The position numbers and the translations under genes were made by a program. The notes under the pieces were generated by a model, which was given only the letters and a program-made list of their open reading frames with translations, did no database searches and was not told where the DNA came from. A stretch of DNA of 64,000 nucleotides from NCBI GenBank assembly GCA_007375535.1, contig VMEM01000003.1, forward strand, positions 100,531 through 164,530, read 5' to 3'. Numbering within the stretch: the stretch's first letter is position 1; each line of letters starts with the position of its first letter. Source of the DNA: Parcubacteria group bacterium LiPW_41. Lineage in GTDB: Bacteria; Patescibacteriota; Minisyncoccia; UBA6257; GWB1-50-10. Below, piece after piece: positions 29,503-37,829 of the stretch.

Positions 29503-29530
29503 ATTAATAGCCACTTTATAGTGGCTATTT

Positions 29531-29559
29531 TTGACTTTTTTATGTTTGTGTTATATACT
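29531..29559 (+). promoter_or_regulatory. sigma70 promoter TTGACT-N17-TATACT (rpsP operon)
   Basis: Hexamers at 29531-29536 and 29554-29559. Confidence 0.5.
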
Positions 29560-29571
29560 GGGCAGGAAATT

Positions 29572-29856
29572 ATGTTGGCAATAAAGCTAAAAAGAATAGG
29601 AAAGAAAGGGCAGGCAACCTATCGAATTGTGGTTGCAGAGAAGCGGTCAAAAATGACTGGCAAGTTTACTGATGATTTGGGATGGTGGAACCCACACCAG
29701 AACAAGAGTGTTATCGCAGGAGAGAAAGCACTTGATTGGATGAAGAAGGGTGCACAACCAACTGCAACAGTTCATAACATTTTAGTAAAAAAAGGAATTA
29801 TAAAAACTGAGAAAATTGAGCTTCACAAGAAGCCACCAAAGAAAGAGAAGAAATAA
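29572..29856 (+). CDS. rpsP: 30S ribosomal protein S16
   Basis: MLAIKLKRIGKKGQATYRIVVAEKRSK, the S16 signature. Start at the ATG at 29572, not the ORF-track 29521. Confidence 0.85.
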   Translation: MLAIKLKRIGKKGQATYRIVVAEKRSKMTGKFTDDLGWWNPHQNKSVIAGEKALDWMKKGAQPTATVHNILVKKGIIKTEKIELHKKPPKKEKK

Positions 29857-29930
29857 TAGCCGAAACTGTATTAACGCATAAAAAGCAACGAAAGGTCGCA
29901 TGACAAGACAATCGGTATTCTATAGGTATT

Positions 29931-30215
29931 ATGATGTCAGATAAGGATTTTTTGGAATACGTAGTGAAATCAGTTGTTGATCATCCAGACGAGGTTACCA
30001 TTGATCGCAAGGTTGATGAAATGGGCGTTCTCTTAACTTTAAAAGTAAACGCACAAGATATGGGACAGATTGTGGGTCGCCAAGGTTCAACTGCCAAGGC
30101 AATTCGCACATTGCTTCGTATCGTTGGAGTCAAGAACAATGCGCGAGTCAATTTGAAAATTGATGAGCCAGAAGGTTCCACTCGAGTTCCACGAACTGAG
30201 CCAGAACAGATTTAA
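29931..30215 (+). CDS. khpA: KH-domain RNA-binding protein KhpA (UPF0109)
   Basis: GQIVGRQGSTAKAIRTLL KH GxxG loop; conserved position between rpsP and trmD. Confidence 0.7.
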   Translation: MMSDKDFLEYVVKSVVDHPDEVTIDRKVDEMGVLLTLKVNAQDMGQIVGRQGSTAKAIRTLLRIVGVKNNARVNLKIDEPEGSTRVPRTEPEQI

Positions 30216-30282
30216 TGAAATAAAAATTCCTCGCAGCTAGCGGGGGATTTTTTTGTCTGATATAGTTTCAATACATAACGCA

Positions 30283-30942
30283 ATGAAAACGTTTCATATT
30301 ATTTCACTATTTCCCGAGTCAGTTGAGTCATATATAAATGCCTCAATTATTGGACGCGCACGAGAAAAGAAGTTAATAAAAATTAACCAAGTAGCACTTC
30401 GTCAATTTGGATTGGGAAAACATAAAGTAACTGATGAACCACCGTATGGCGGGGGACCAGGAATGGTGCTCAAGGTTGAGCCGATTTATAAAGCGGTTAA
30501 AAAAGTATTAGCAAAAATAAAAAAGGGGAAGACGCGAACTATTTTATTTTCTACCCGTGGAAAAGTATTTACTAATACTGACGCAAAGCGGCTCGCAAAA
30601 TACGATAATATTATTTTTATTTGCGGGCGATACGAAGGAGTAGATGAACGAGTTGCAGACCACATTGCTGACGAGGAGATTTCAATAGGGGATTTTGTGC
30701 TTTCTGGGGGCGAGCTTCCTGCGCTTGTCGTGCTTGATGCGGTGTCTCGACAGATTCCCGGAGTATTAGGAAAAAACGAATCACTTGAAGAAATAAAAGG
30801 ATCATATCCGGTATATACAAAACCAGCAGAATTTCTTATTCAAGAAAAAGGGAAAAAGAAAAAGAGTTGGAAGGTCCCAGAGGTACTACAATCAGGAAAT
30901 CATAAACTAATTGATGAGTGGAGGTTGAAAGATCAAAAGTAA
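30283..30942 (+). CDS. trmD: tRNA (guanine37-N1)-methyltransferase TrmD
   Basis: SPOUT knot motifs (FHIISLFPE, PPYGGGPGMVLK, IFICGRYEGVDERV). Start at the ATG at 30283; the ORF-track TTG lies inside the preceding terminator. Confidence 0.85.
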   Translation: MKTFHIISLFPESVESYINASIIGRAREKKLIKINQVALRQFGLGKHKVTDEPPYGGGPGMVLKVEPIYKAVKKVLAKIKKGKTRTILFSTRGKVFTNTDAKRLAKYDNIIFICGRYEGVDERVADHIADEEISIGDFVLSGGELPALVVLDAVSRQIPGVLGKNESLEEIKGSYPVYTKPAEFLIQEKGKKKKSWKVPEVLQSGNHKLIDEWRLKDQK

Positions 30943-30948
30943 AAAAAG

Positions 30949-30985
30949 ACCCCAGCTAGTCCATGGACTGGCTGGGGATTTTTTA
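30949..30985. terminator. palindromic terminator CCCCAGCTAGTCCATGGACTGGCTGGGG, bidirectional
   Basis: T-runs on both sides; family member. Confidence 0.6.
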
Positions 30986-31315
30986 TTCTGATTCGATACC
31001 TACTTCCATATAAAAAGAAAGTGGGCGGGAAATCTTACAGACAATTTTTGTTTTTTCTGGTTTTTTCAGCCTGATAGCTGAAAGAACTATTTCTTCGAAT
31101 GTTTGGGCGAGCGCTACTCGCTCTTTGTGATCTTCAGGGATATTAGCCATCACTATTTTGAGTGGCGTGTTTTCACATTCACTCAAAAGCTGTATTGCAA
31201 CCTTTCCAATCTGCTCCTTATTATTAAAAGAGATTCCAGTTGCCACACAATCTTTTCCAATCATTGTTATGTGTGGGCATTTTAGTGTGATATTGGAATA
31301 ATTAACACTACTCAT
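30983..31315 (-). CDS. hypothetical protein
   Basis: 110-aa ORF, no motif recognised. Confidence 0.35.
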   Translation of the reverse strand: MSSVNYSNITLKCPHITMIGKDCVATGISFNNKEQIGKVAIQLLSECENTPLKIVMANIPEDHKERVALAQTFEEIVLSAIRLKKPEKTKIVCKISRPLSFYMEVGIESE

Positions 31316-31757
31316 TATTTCCTCCGTTTGTTTTGTTGGTGATTTTAATTATCAATTCAAATGGAATTCGTATTACTTTGTTTCCTGGACGCAAGTCAAA
31401 AAGAAATCCAGGTCTTATTTCATCGGCAAATTCAAAAAATTGTTTCCATGCAGCATCTTCATTTTTGTGCATTCCTACAAACATTTTGTGTGGATGTGTA
31501 TAAACACCCGTACAATATTTTGTGAGGTTGCGGAAGATGGGAAGAATATGTTTTGTCTTACACTTTTTTTCGGAAAGGAAGGTTTTTATGGAGGTAGTAA
31601 AGGCTCCCATATATCCAGCTTTCTTACTTTGTGATTGTTGCTTGGTGAGACAATATCTCCGCTTTTTACTGGAAGATTTCTCGGTTTCCATATATTTTCC
31701 TTTTAATTTTCTGTTTGCACTATATTCCTGACTCTGGGAATTTACAAGTCTGAACAT
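31308..31757 (-). CDS. hypothetical protein (low-complexity K/S-rich middle)
   Basis: Only long ORF in 31316-31796. Upstream start candidates overlap rpsB, so the internal ATG at 31757 was chosen. May be spurious. Confidence 0.25.
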   Translation of the reverse strand: MFRLVNSQSQEYSANRKLKGKYMETEKSSSKKRRYCLTKQQSQSKKAGYMGAFTTSIKTFLSEKKCKTKHILPIFRNLTKYCTGVYTHPHKMFVGMHKNEDAAWKQFFEFADEIRPGFLFDLRPGNKVIRIPFELIIKITNKTNGGNNE

Positions 31758-31796
31758 TTCATATATAGTAGTGAGGCCTAAAAAGGGCGAATTTTT

Positions 31797-32498
31797 ATGA
31801 GTAAAGAAAGAGAAATAACCAGTGAGTTGGTCGCGGAACTCGTTACCGCGGGTGTCCTCACGGGGCATAAGCGTTCAAAAACGCATCCTCGCATGAGACA
31901 ACACATTGCGCTTAATCGCAATGAAATCGAGCTTTTGGATCCTGAGTCGACGATCTCGTCTTTGGATGCAGCGGTGAAGTTTATCGCCGAAAAGCTTGGT
32001 CCTGAGGGACTCCTTATGGTAGTGGGAACGACAGCTCCAGCGCGCGAAGCCGTACGAGCGTTTGCGCATGATTTTAAGTATCCGTATGTCGTAACACGGT
32101 GGCTTGGTGGTACACTTACCAATTTTAAAGTGATTTCGGATCGAGTTCGCTATTATGTCGATCTTCGCGAGAAGAAAGAAAAGGGTGAGCTTTCGAAATA
32201 TACAAAGAAAGAACAATTAAAGTTTTCAGAAGAAATTGGAAAGATGTCAGTAACGTTTGATGGACTTTTGCGTCTTACACGCCTTCCTAATGTGCTTTTG
32301 GTGATTGATCCAAAAGAGCATATGACCGCGATCAAAGAAGCAAATCGTTTGAAGATTCCAGTAGTAGCACTTATTGATACTAATGATGATCCAAAATTAG
32401 TTACCAAACCAATTTTTGGAAATGATCATTCGAAGGATAGTATTACGTGGGTTGTGGCAAAGATTCGTGAAGGATTGGAGCCATTAAAGAAAAAATAA
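31797..32498 (+). CDS. rpsB: 30S ribosomal protein S2
   Basis: LLEAGVHFGHQ-like VLTGHKRSKTHPRM, TRWLGGTLTNF and VIDPKEH motifs. Confidence 0.9.
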   Translation: MSKEREITSELVAELVTAGVLTGHKRSKTHPRMRQHIALNRNEIELLDPESTISSLDAAVKFIAEKLGPEGLLMVVGTTAPAREAVRAFAHDFKYPYVVTRWLGGTLTNFKVISDRVRYYVDLREKKEKGELSKYTKKEQLKFSEEIGKMSVTFDGLLRLTRLPNVLLVIDPKEHMTAIKEANRLKIPVVALIDTNDDPKLVTKPIFGNDHSKDSITWVVAKIREGLEPLKKK

Positions 32499-32530
32499 TT
32501 AGTCGCACACTAAAAAAATAACCAATTGAT

Positions 32531-32971
32531 ATGACCGACGATGTAAAAACATTGCGCGAGGCAACTGGCGCAGGAGTGATGGATTGCAAGCGAGCACTTG
32601 ATGATGCAAAAGGAGATTTTGAAAAAGCAAAAGCACTTATCAACGAGCGTGGTCTTGTAAAAGCAGAAACAAAAAAAGATCGTGTTGCGGGTGCGGGACT
32701 TTTGATGTCCTACATTCACAATGAGCGTGTAGGAACGTTGTTGCAGATTCATGCGGAAACTGATTTTGTTGTTCGCGGTGATTTATTTAAAACTCTCGCA
32801 CGAGATGTTGCGATGCATATTGCAGCAATGAATCCAGAAACTGTTGAAGAACTTCTTGCACAGCCTTTTGTAAAAGATGAATCAATGACAATTGAAAATC
32901 TTATCAAGAGTGTTACCGCAAAAGTAGGAGAGAATATTAAAGTAGAACGATTTATTCGTTACTCACTCTAA
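32531..32971 (+). CDS. tsf: elongation factor Ts (short 146-aa form)
   Basis: LREATGAGVMDCKRALDDAKGDFEKA UBA-like N-terminus plus a single dimerisation core. Confidence 0.8.
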   Translation: MTDDVKTLREATGAGVMDCKRALDDAKGDFEKAKALINERGLVKAETKKDRVAGAGLLMSYIHNERVGTLLQIHAETDFVVRGDLFKTLARDVAMHIAAMNPETVEELLAQPFVKDESMTIENLIKSVTAKVGENIKVERFIRYSL

Positions 32972-33025
32972 ACCTATATATGGTCTGTGTACTATAATTA
33001 CATAGTACACAGACAGTATATCCTT

Positions 33026-33355
33026 ATGATTACATTTATTTTGCAGATTATCGCAATATGTGCGCTTGGGTTCATTGTCTACATGATTGGACGAGTTGTT
33101 CCTCGTGTTCATGAATCCGATATTGAAAAAGCAAAAGAAGTATCAATGTTTCATTGGCTTATTGGATATCTAGAACAGGTTGATGATTGGTTGCTTGTTA
33201 TTTTCGAAAAATTTTTGCGAAAGCTTCGTGTGAGTATTATGAAGTTTGATAACATCGTTTCGAAGCGTTTGGCGAAGTTTAAGAAAGACCAGACAAAAGA
33301 ATCAATTACTTCGATCGGACAGAAAGAGAGTGTACAAATTGAGAAAAATAAATAG
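33026..33355 (+). CDS. hypothetical membrane protein
   Basis: Start moved to 33026 because the ORF-track ATG (32987) lies inside a perfect 13-bp inverted repeat GTCTGTGTACTAT/ATAGTACACAGAC. Confidence 0.4.
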   Translation: MITFILQIIAICALGFIVYMIGRVVPRVHESDIEKAKEVSMFHWLIGYLEQVDDWLLVIFEKFLRKLRVSIMKFDNIVSKRLAKFKKDQTKESITSIGQKESVQIEKNK

Positions 33356-33384
33356 AATAGGGAAGTGGTTAAAAAGTTAATAAT

Positions 33385-33467
33385 GCGCAGGTGACAGAGC
33401 GGTCAATTGTATCAGACTGTAAATCTGACGCCTATCGGCTACGGAGGTTCGAATCCTCCCCTGCGCA
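33385..33467 (+). tRNA. tRNA-Tyr (anticodon GTA), type II with long variable arm
   Basis: GCGCAGG acceptor, anticodon loop CTGTAAA, variable arm GCCtatcGGC, T-arm GGAGGTTCGAATCCTCC, 3' CCTGCGC-A. Confidence 0.85.
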
Positions 33468-33468
33468 C

Positions 33469-33508
33469 AAATACTAAAAAGGAATGATTATAATCATTCC
33501 TTTTTAGT
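33469..33508. terminator. perfect 40-nt palindrome ATACTAAAAAGGAATGATTA|TAATCATTCCTTTTTAGTAT
   Basis: Immediately 3' of tRNA-Tyr; 20-bp stem with no loop; likely a bidirectional terminator or recombination site. Confidence 0.45.
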
Positions 33509-33735
33509 ATCCGCAGGAGCAACGCAGTTGACTGCGTTGCGTGGGGGATTCGAAGCCCGGAGCGTTGTGCATTCAGCAGAATGCACCGCGAGGGCAGGCC
33601 TGGAGGTAATTGCGCGCGACGGCGAGCAATTAACCGGAATGGCGAATCCTCCCTTGTGAGAGCCCGTGCCCAGACAAAACTTTTTGACGGAAAAGTTTTA
33701 GTCGAGGGCGATTCCTCCCCTGCGCACACAAAACA
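33509..33735 (+). other. GC-rich (roughly 58% GC by eye) structured non-coding insert ending in a partial copy of the tRNA-Tyr 3' end
   Basis: Four strong hairpins: CAACGCAGttgaCTGCGTTG, GTGCATTCagcaGAATGCAC, TAATTGC...GCAATTA, AAAACTTTTtgacggAAAAGTTTT. Partial tRNA-Tyr 3'-end copies GGCGAATCCTCCC (33645) and GGCGATTCCTCCCCTGCGCACA (33721-33745). No ORF. Confidence 0.4.
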
Positions 33736-33770
33736 ACCCAGCTAGTCCATGGACTAGCTGGGTTGTTTAT
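33736..33770 (+). terminator. palindromic terminator ACCCAGCTAGTCCATGGACTAGCTGGGT
   Basis: Family member followed by TGTTTAT. Confidence 0.55.
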
Positions 33771-33779
33771 ACTTAATAT

Positions 33780-34772
33780 ATGAAGAGAATGTATATTGGT
33801 TTGGTTGTTTTCGCATTTATTGCTTTTGTGGGATTGTATTACTTTCAAAAGACACGAGTAATTGAAGTAAAAAATATTCAGACAATTACTATTGGAACAT
33901 CATATTGGCCTGGACAATATTGGATTGATATTGCTGATACGAAAGGCTGGTTTTCTGAAGCTGGAGTTTCTATAAATGCAGTGAATACACAGGAGGACTA
34001 TTATAAATCAATTGATGATTTACTTTCTGGCAAACTTGATTTACAAGTACTTGCTTTGTCTGATGTGTTAGAAATGAATTCTAAGGGGGCAAACTTTGTT
34101 ATGATTCTTCCAACAGATGTTTCTCTTGATGGAGAGGGGTTAGTGGTACAACCAGAAATAAAAACAATTGGAATGCTCAAAGGAAAAAAGATTGGAGTTG
34201 AGTCGGGTGAGGTTTTCTCTGAAATGTTTTTAGATGTTGCGCTTAACCGCGGGGGGTTAACACGAGATGATATTGAAATAGTTCTCGTGTCTCCCGAACG
34301 AGCAAATGGGTTGTTTCTCGCAAATGAGATTGATGCAATCATAACTTGGGATCCATATCTTTCTGAATTAATGAATAACGATGGGAAGGTTTTGTTTACT
34401 GTTCGAGATGCGGGGGGGTCTATATCTGGTCTTGTGGGAAGAAAAGATTTTATTGATTCGCATATAGATGAGATTAAGAAGATTGTTGGAACATGGAAAA
34501 GAGCAACAGAATTTATTGCTTCAAACAAAACAGAAACGTATGCAATTATTTCTGGTCAGTATAAATTTCCAATTGGAGTGACAGAAAAAATGTCTGCGAG
34601 GGATTATATATTGTCAGTTGAAGATAACAAAAGAATTATGAGCGATTCAACATTTGTGTACTCAATACCGAAAGCAATTGAAATGCTCAAAAGCTATATA
34701 GACAAAGAAAGTGGAGGTGGTTCTTTAGATATTACTCAAATTATTGATGAGCAATTTATAAAAGGACTATAA
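33780..34772 (+). CDS. ABC-transporter substrate-binding protein, NMT1/SsuA/TauA-like (orphan)
   Basis: Signal-anchor then a periplasmic-binding fold of the NMT1/THI5 type (ITIGTSYWPGQYWIDIA). No cognate permease or ATPase adjacent. Confidence 0.55.
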   Translation: MKRMYIGLVVFAFIAFVGLYYFQKTRVIEVKNIQTITIGTSYWPGQYWIDIADTKGWFSEAGVSINAVNTQEDYYKSIDDLLSGKLDLQVLALSDVLEMNSKGANFVMILPTDVSLDGEGLVVQPEIKTIGMLKGKKIGVESGEVFSEMFLDVALNRGGLTRDDIEIVLVSPERANGLFLANEIDAIITWDPYLSELMNNDGKVLFTVRDAGGSISGLVGRKDFIDSHIDEIKKIVGTWKRATEFIASNKTETYAIISGQYKFPIGVTEKMSARDYILSVEDNKRIMSDSTFVYSIPKAIEMLKSYIDKESGGGSLDITQIIDEQFIKGL

Positions 34773-34805
34773 AAAAATTCCCCGCCACTGGCGGGGGATT
34801 TTGAA

Positions 34806-35345
34806 TTATTTTTCGGGGATTTCAACTTCTGGCATCCCCCATTGGATGATCCATGGGTTTTTTGCTCGATATCGCATATCTTTTAATAGATCTGCACGCG
34901 CAATCTGTTTTGAATAAACACTATCTCGCAGGCCCTTTATATTATCAACAAGAGCCATTACTGTTTTTGATGCTTGAATTTCTGGATATTTTACCAGATA
35001 TAAATTGATAGATTCTGGTTTCATCTTATCGAAAATACTGCGTTCGTGTTTTGGGTATGCATCTCCTAGATAATTACTGAATTCTTTTGTAAGTGTTTCA
35101 GCACGTTTTTGAAATACATTTTCTACTTGCACCAAGCGTGTGTAGTTTTCTTTGTTCTCAATTTGATCTGAATATCCGTTAAGAGTTTTAGGTATTGAAA
35201 TTATAAGGGATATACCCGAAAAAACTAAGAAGGCAATACCCCAACCACCCCATGTGCTTTGGTTATTTCTCGTTGCGAATTTCGTACCTAAAAAACAGAC
35301 TAGCGAAAGGGTAGTAAACATTGCAATTATAATAAACCAGTACAT
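34806..35345 (-). CDS. hypothetical membrane protein
   Basis: Start at the ATG at 35343-35345 with RBS GGAGGAAAG. Two N-terminal TM helices then a soluble domain. The ORF-track upstream extension was rejected. Confidence 0.5.
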   Translation of the reverse strand: MYWFIIIAMFTTLSLVCFLGTKFATRNNQSTWGGWGIAFLVFSGISLIISIPKTLNGYSDQIENKENYTRLVQVENVFQKRAETLTKEFSNYLGDAYPKHERSIFDKMKPESINLYLVKYPEIQASKTVMALVDNIKGLRDSVYSKQIARADLLKDMRYRAKNPWIIQWGMPEVEIPEK

Positions 35346-35864
35346 CTTTCCTCCGTATATATTTGTGAATGATGTGTTATTTATACATACAAAATTGATC
35401 TTTGTCAATTTTGTAACACTTTTTGGAATGTGTCGTTTTACTCTTATAAACACAATATCTATGAAACATCTCGTCTGCCGAAAAGCAAATAAGAACTCAT
35501 ATACATTTGGATGGGAAATCCCAATGGCTATGTTTTGTTTTCTTGCCGAGGCGCGTGTAGAAATAGATACTCTCAAACCCTAAATCTCACATAAGTTATA
35601 TATTCTAGAACATCTCGGCTAGGAAGCCGAGATGTTTTGCTTTCTAGGTTACTTTAAATTTTGAAATTGCTTTTTGAATATTTTTCTTCTCGTTTCAAGC
35701 GAGGCGAAGTAAAAATTTTGAAGCATATTCGGGTAGAATATGTTGAGAAATTTTTACAAGGCTGTAGCAGAAACAAGCGAAAAAGAACAAAAATTGAATT
35801 TCATAATTTAAAGTTAGATCTTTAACAAATAAATTATCGCGCTCGTGCGTGAAAGGAGGAAATC

Positions 35865-37076
35865 ATGGCACGAAGAATGTATCTTTTGTATCTCGCATTC
35901 GGAGGAATTACGCAGTGGGGAATGTCGTTTCATTTTGCTACCTACGTTATGTTCCTCCTTTCAAGAGGGTTATCACTTCTTGATGCAAGTTTAGTTAACA
36001 CCGCATATGCAGTAACACTTATAATTGCGGAATTTCCCACGGGAGTTATTGCTGATACATGGGGGAGAAAAGCGTCGTTTGTTGTTTCTTGTTTTGTTAT
36101 TGCACTAGGAACTTTTGTATATGCATTTGCTCCAGGATTCTTATGGTTTGTAATTGCAGAGGTTATTATTGCAATTGGTATGACGTGCACCACTGGAGCA
36201 TTTGATGCCTGGATTGTGGACACTATTGCATTTCATGGAGGAACAGTCGACCTTGGACATTTATTTACAAGAGCTGGTCAGGTTCGAAAACTTGGCGCAG
36301 TACTTGGAGTACTTATGGGGTCATATGCTGCAGAGGTATTTGGTTTGCAGACCCCATGGATTATGAGTAGTTTCATTTTCTTTATTGTTGGTGTTGCGGC
36401 AGTTATTTTTATGAAAGAAGACTATTTCAAAAAGAACTACACAACGATTCGTGATGGATTTAGGGGACTTTCTGTAACTGCAGGAAAGACAATTTCATTT
36501 GCACGAAAGAGTAACCATATTGTAACTGTGTTACTCATTGTTGGAATTTCGACGTGTGCAATGCAAGCGTACAACATGCAGTGGCAGCCATTTTTCAAAG
36601 GGTACGTTCAATCGGCTTCACAATTAGGTTGGTTCTTTGTTGCAATTATCGTATCAAGTTTTTTTGGAATTTCTATTTCAAAAAAAGTTATGAAGAAAAA
36701 TGGAAATGATTTTGCAATTCCACTTATTATCTCGCTTGTTATAACGGGAGGAGCAATGCTTTGTACTTCATTGTCTCCAGTTATTATATTGTCGGTCACA
36801 ATGTTTATGGTTCATGAGGTCTCACGCGGATCATATAGTGTTTTTTCTGATGCATATATGAATGCACATATTCCTTCGGAGGAGCGCGCTTCATTACTTT
36901 CACTTCAAGCGCTTGCAGCACATATAGGTATGGCGATTGGACTCCCAATAAGTGGATGGATTGCAGATAACTATTCCATTCGTCACGCATGGATTGTTTC
37001 TTCAATCTTTCTCTTGATTATGAGTGGGGGAATTGCAATTCGCATTATAAATAATAAAAAACGCCCCGTCGTATAA
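35865..37076 (+). CDS. MFS transporter
   Basis: 12-TM layout with an MFS-type motif after TM2 (GVIADTWGRKAS, GRK variant of the G-x-x-x-D-R/K-x-G-R-R/K loop); RBS AAAGGAGG. Confidence 0.65.
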   Translation: MARRMYLLYLAFGGITQWGMSFHFATYVMFLLSRGLSLLDASLVNTAYAVTLIIAEFPTGVIADTWGRKASFVVSCFVIALGTFVYAFAPGFLWFVIAEVIIAIGMTCTTGAFDAWIVDTIAFHGGTVDLGHLFTRAGQVRKLGAVLGVLMGSYAAEVFGLQTPWIMSSFIFFIVGVAAVIFMKEDYFKKNYTTIRDGFRGLSVTAGKTISFARKSNHIVTVLLIVGISTCAMQAYNMQWQPFFKGYVQSASQLGWFFVAIIVSSFFGISISKKVMKKNGNDFAIPLIISLVITGGAMLCTSLSPVIILSVTMFMVHEVSRGSYSVFSDAYMNAHIPSEERASLLSLQALAAHIGMAIGLPISGWIADNYSIRHAWIVSSIFLLIMSGGIAIRIINNKKRPVV

Positions 37077-37090
37077 CGGGGTGTTTTATT
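37062..37090 (+). terminator. intrinsic terminator CGCCCCGTcgtataACGGGGTG plus T-run
   Basis: Immediately after the MFS stop. Confidence 0.55.
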
Positions 37091-37249
37091 TAAAAGATGA
37101 GCCACCTCTGGTAATTGAACATCGCCATGAATACATGGCTCTTTCGGAACCCTCGGTTCCGAATAACTTCCAACACGGAGGGGACACGGTTGTTTCCCCT
37201 CCGACCCACCCCTCTTTCAAATCCGAGAGATTTTTTATTTAAAAAAATG

Positions 37250-37321
37250 AGCCACCTCTCGGATTTGAACCGAGGACCTTCGCTTTACAAAAGCGTTGCT
37301 CTACCGCTGAGCTAAGGTGGC
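37250..37321 (-). tRNA. tRNA-Thr (anticodon TGT)
   Basis: Minus strand GCCACCTTAGCTCAGCGGTAGAGCAACGCTTTTGTAAAGCGAAGGTCCTCGGTTCAAATCCGAGAGGTGGCT. Anticodon loop TTTGTAA, T-loop TTCAAAT. Confidence 0.8.
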
Positions 37322-37340
37322 GTAATTTATACCAACTATG

Positions 37341-37412
37341 AGCCGATGGTCGGGATTGAACCGACGACCTACTCCTTACCATGGAGTTGCTCTACCGCTG
37401 AGCTACATCGGC
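37341..37412 (-). tRNA. tRNA-Thr (anticodon GGT)
   Basis: Minus strand GCCGATGTAGCTCAGCGGTAGAGCAACTCCATGGTAAGGAGTAGGTCGTCGGTTCAATCCCGACCATCGGCT. Anticodon loop ATGGTAA. Confidence 0.85.
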
Positions 37413-37545
37413 AATAAAGGTACTTAATTAGTGTACGGAAAAAATAGAAAATGTCCATTCCTATATGGTCACTTCTGTGGATTAACCAAAGTATTTACTT
37501 TTTTACCAAGCTATTGTAACATTCATAAGTTAGTTTCTACCGATT

Positions 37546-37719
37546 ATGTCACAGGGAAAATTTACTGAAAAATTAATCCGTCTTCGATGTTCCAAGTGTA
37601 AGCACTCAAACTACACGACTCGCAAGAACAAAAAGCAGGTTCAACGTAAAATTGAGCTTGAAAAGTTTTGTAAGTGGTGCAGAGCAAAGACAGTGCACAA
37701 GGAAGCAAAAGGAAAGTAA
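37546..37719 (+). CDS. rpmG: 50S ribosomal protein L33
   Basis: 57 aa MSQGKFTEKLIRLRCSKCKHSNYTTRKNKKQVQRKIELEKFCKWCRAKTVHKEAKGK. L33 zinc-ribbon (CxxC...CxxC) and YTTxKNK motif. Missing from the ORF track (shorter than 60 aa). Confidence 0.75.
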   Translation: MSQGKFTEKLIRLRCSKCKHSNYTTRKNKKQVQRKIELEKFCKWCRAKTVHKEAKGK

Positions 37720-37829
37720 TAGAAGTTAGTGATTAGGGTATAGGGTTTAGAAAGTAGAGAAATCCCCGAAGAGCGGGGATTTTCTTTTGAAAAATTAATG
37801 AAATGATATAATGAGTTATATACATTGAA

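Noticed and set aside
30253-30282. ORF-track TTG start for trmD
   Set aside because: It lies inside the T-run of the preceding terminator hairpin. The ATG at 30283 gives the conserved TrmD N-terminus.
33501-33745. Considered annotating the tRNA-Tyr-adjacent GC-rich region as tmRNA (ssrA). Its 5' CCGCAGG pairs with the 3' CCUGCGC-A and it has a GGAUUCGA box like the tmRNA 5' domain.
   Set aside because: The acceptor lacks the G3-U70 alanine identity pair. There is no canonical T-loop (GGUUCGAnUCC) at the 3' end. No tag-peptide reading frame ends in ...AA-stop. The 3' end is a degenerate copy of tRNA-Tyr itself.
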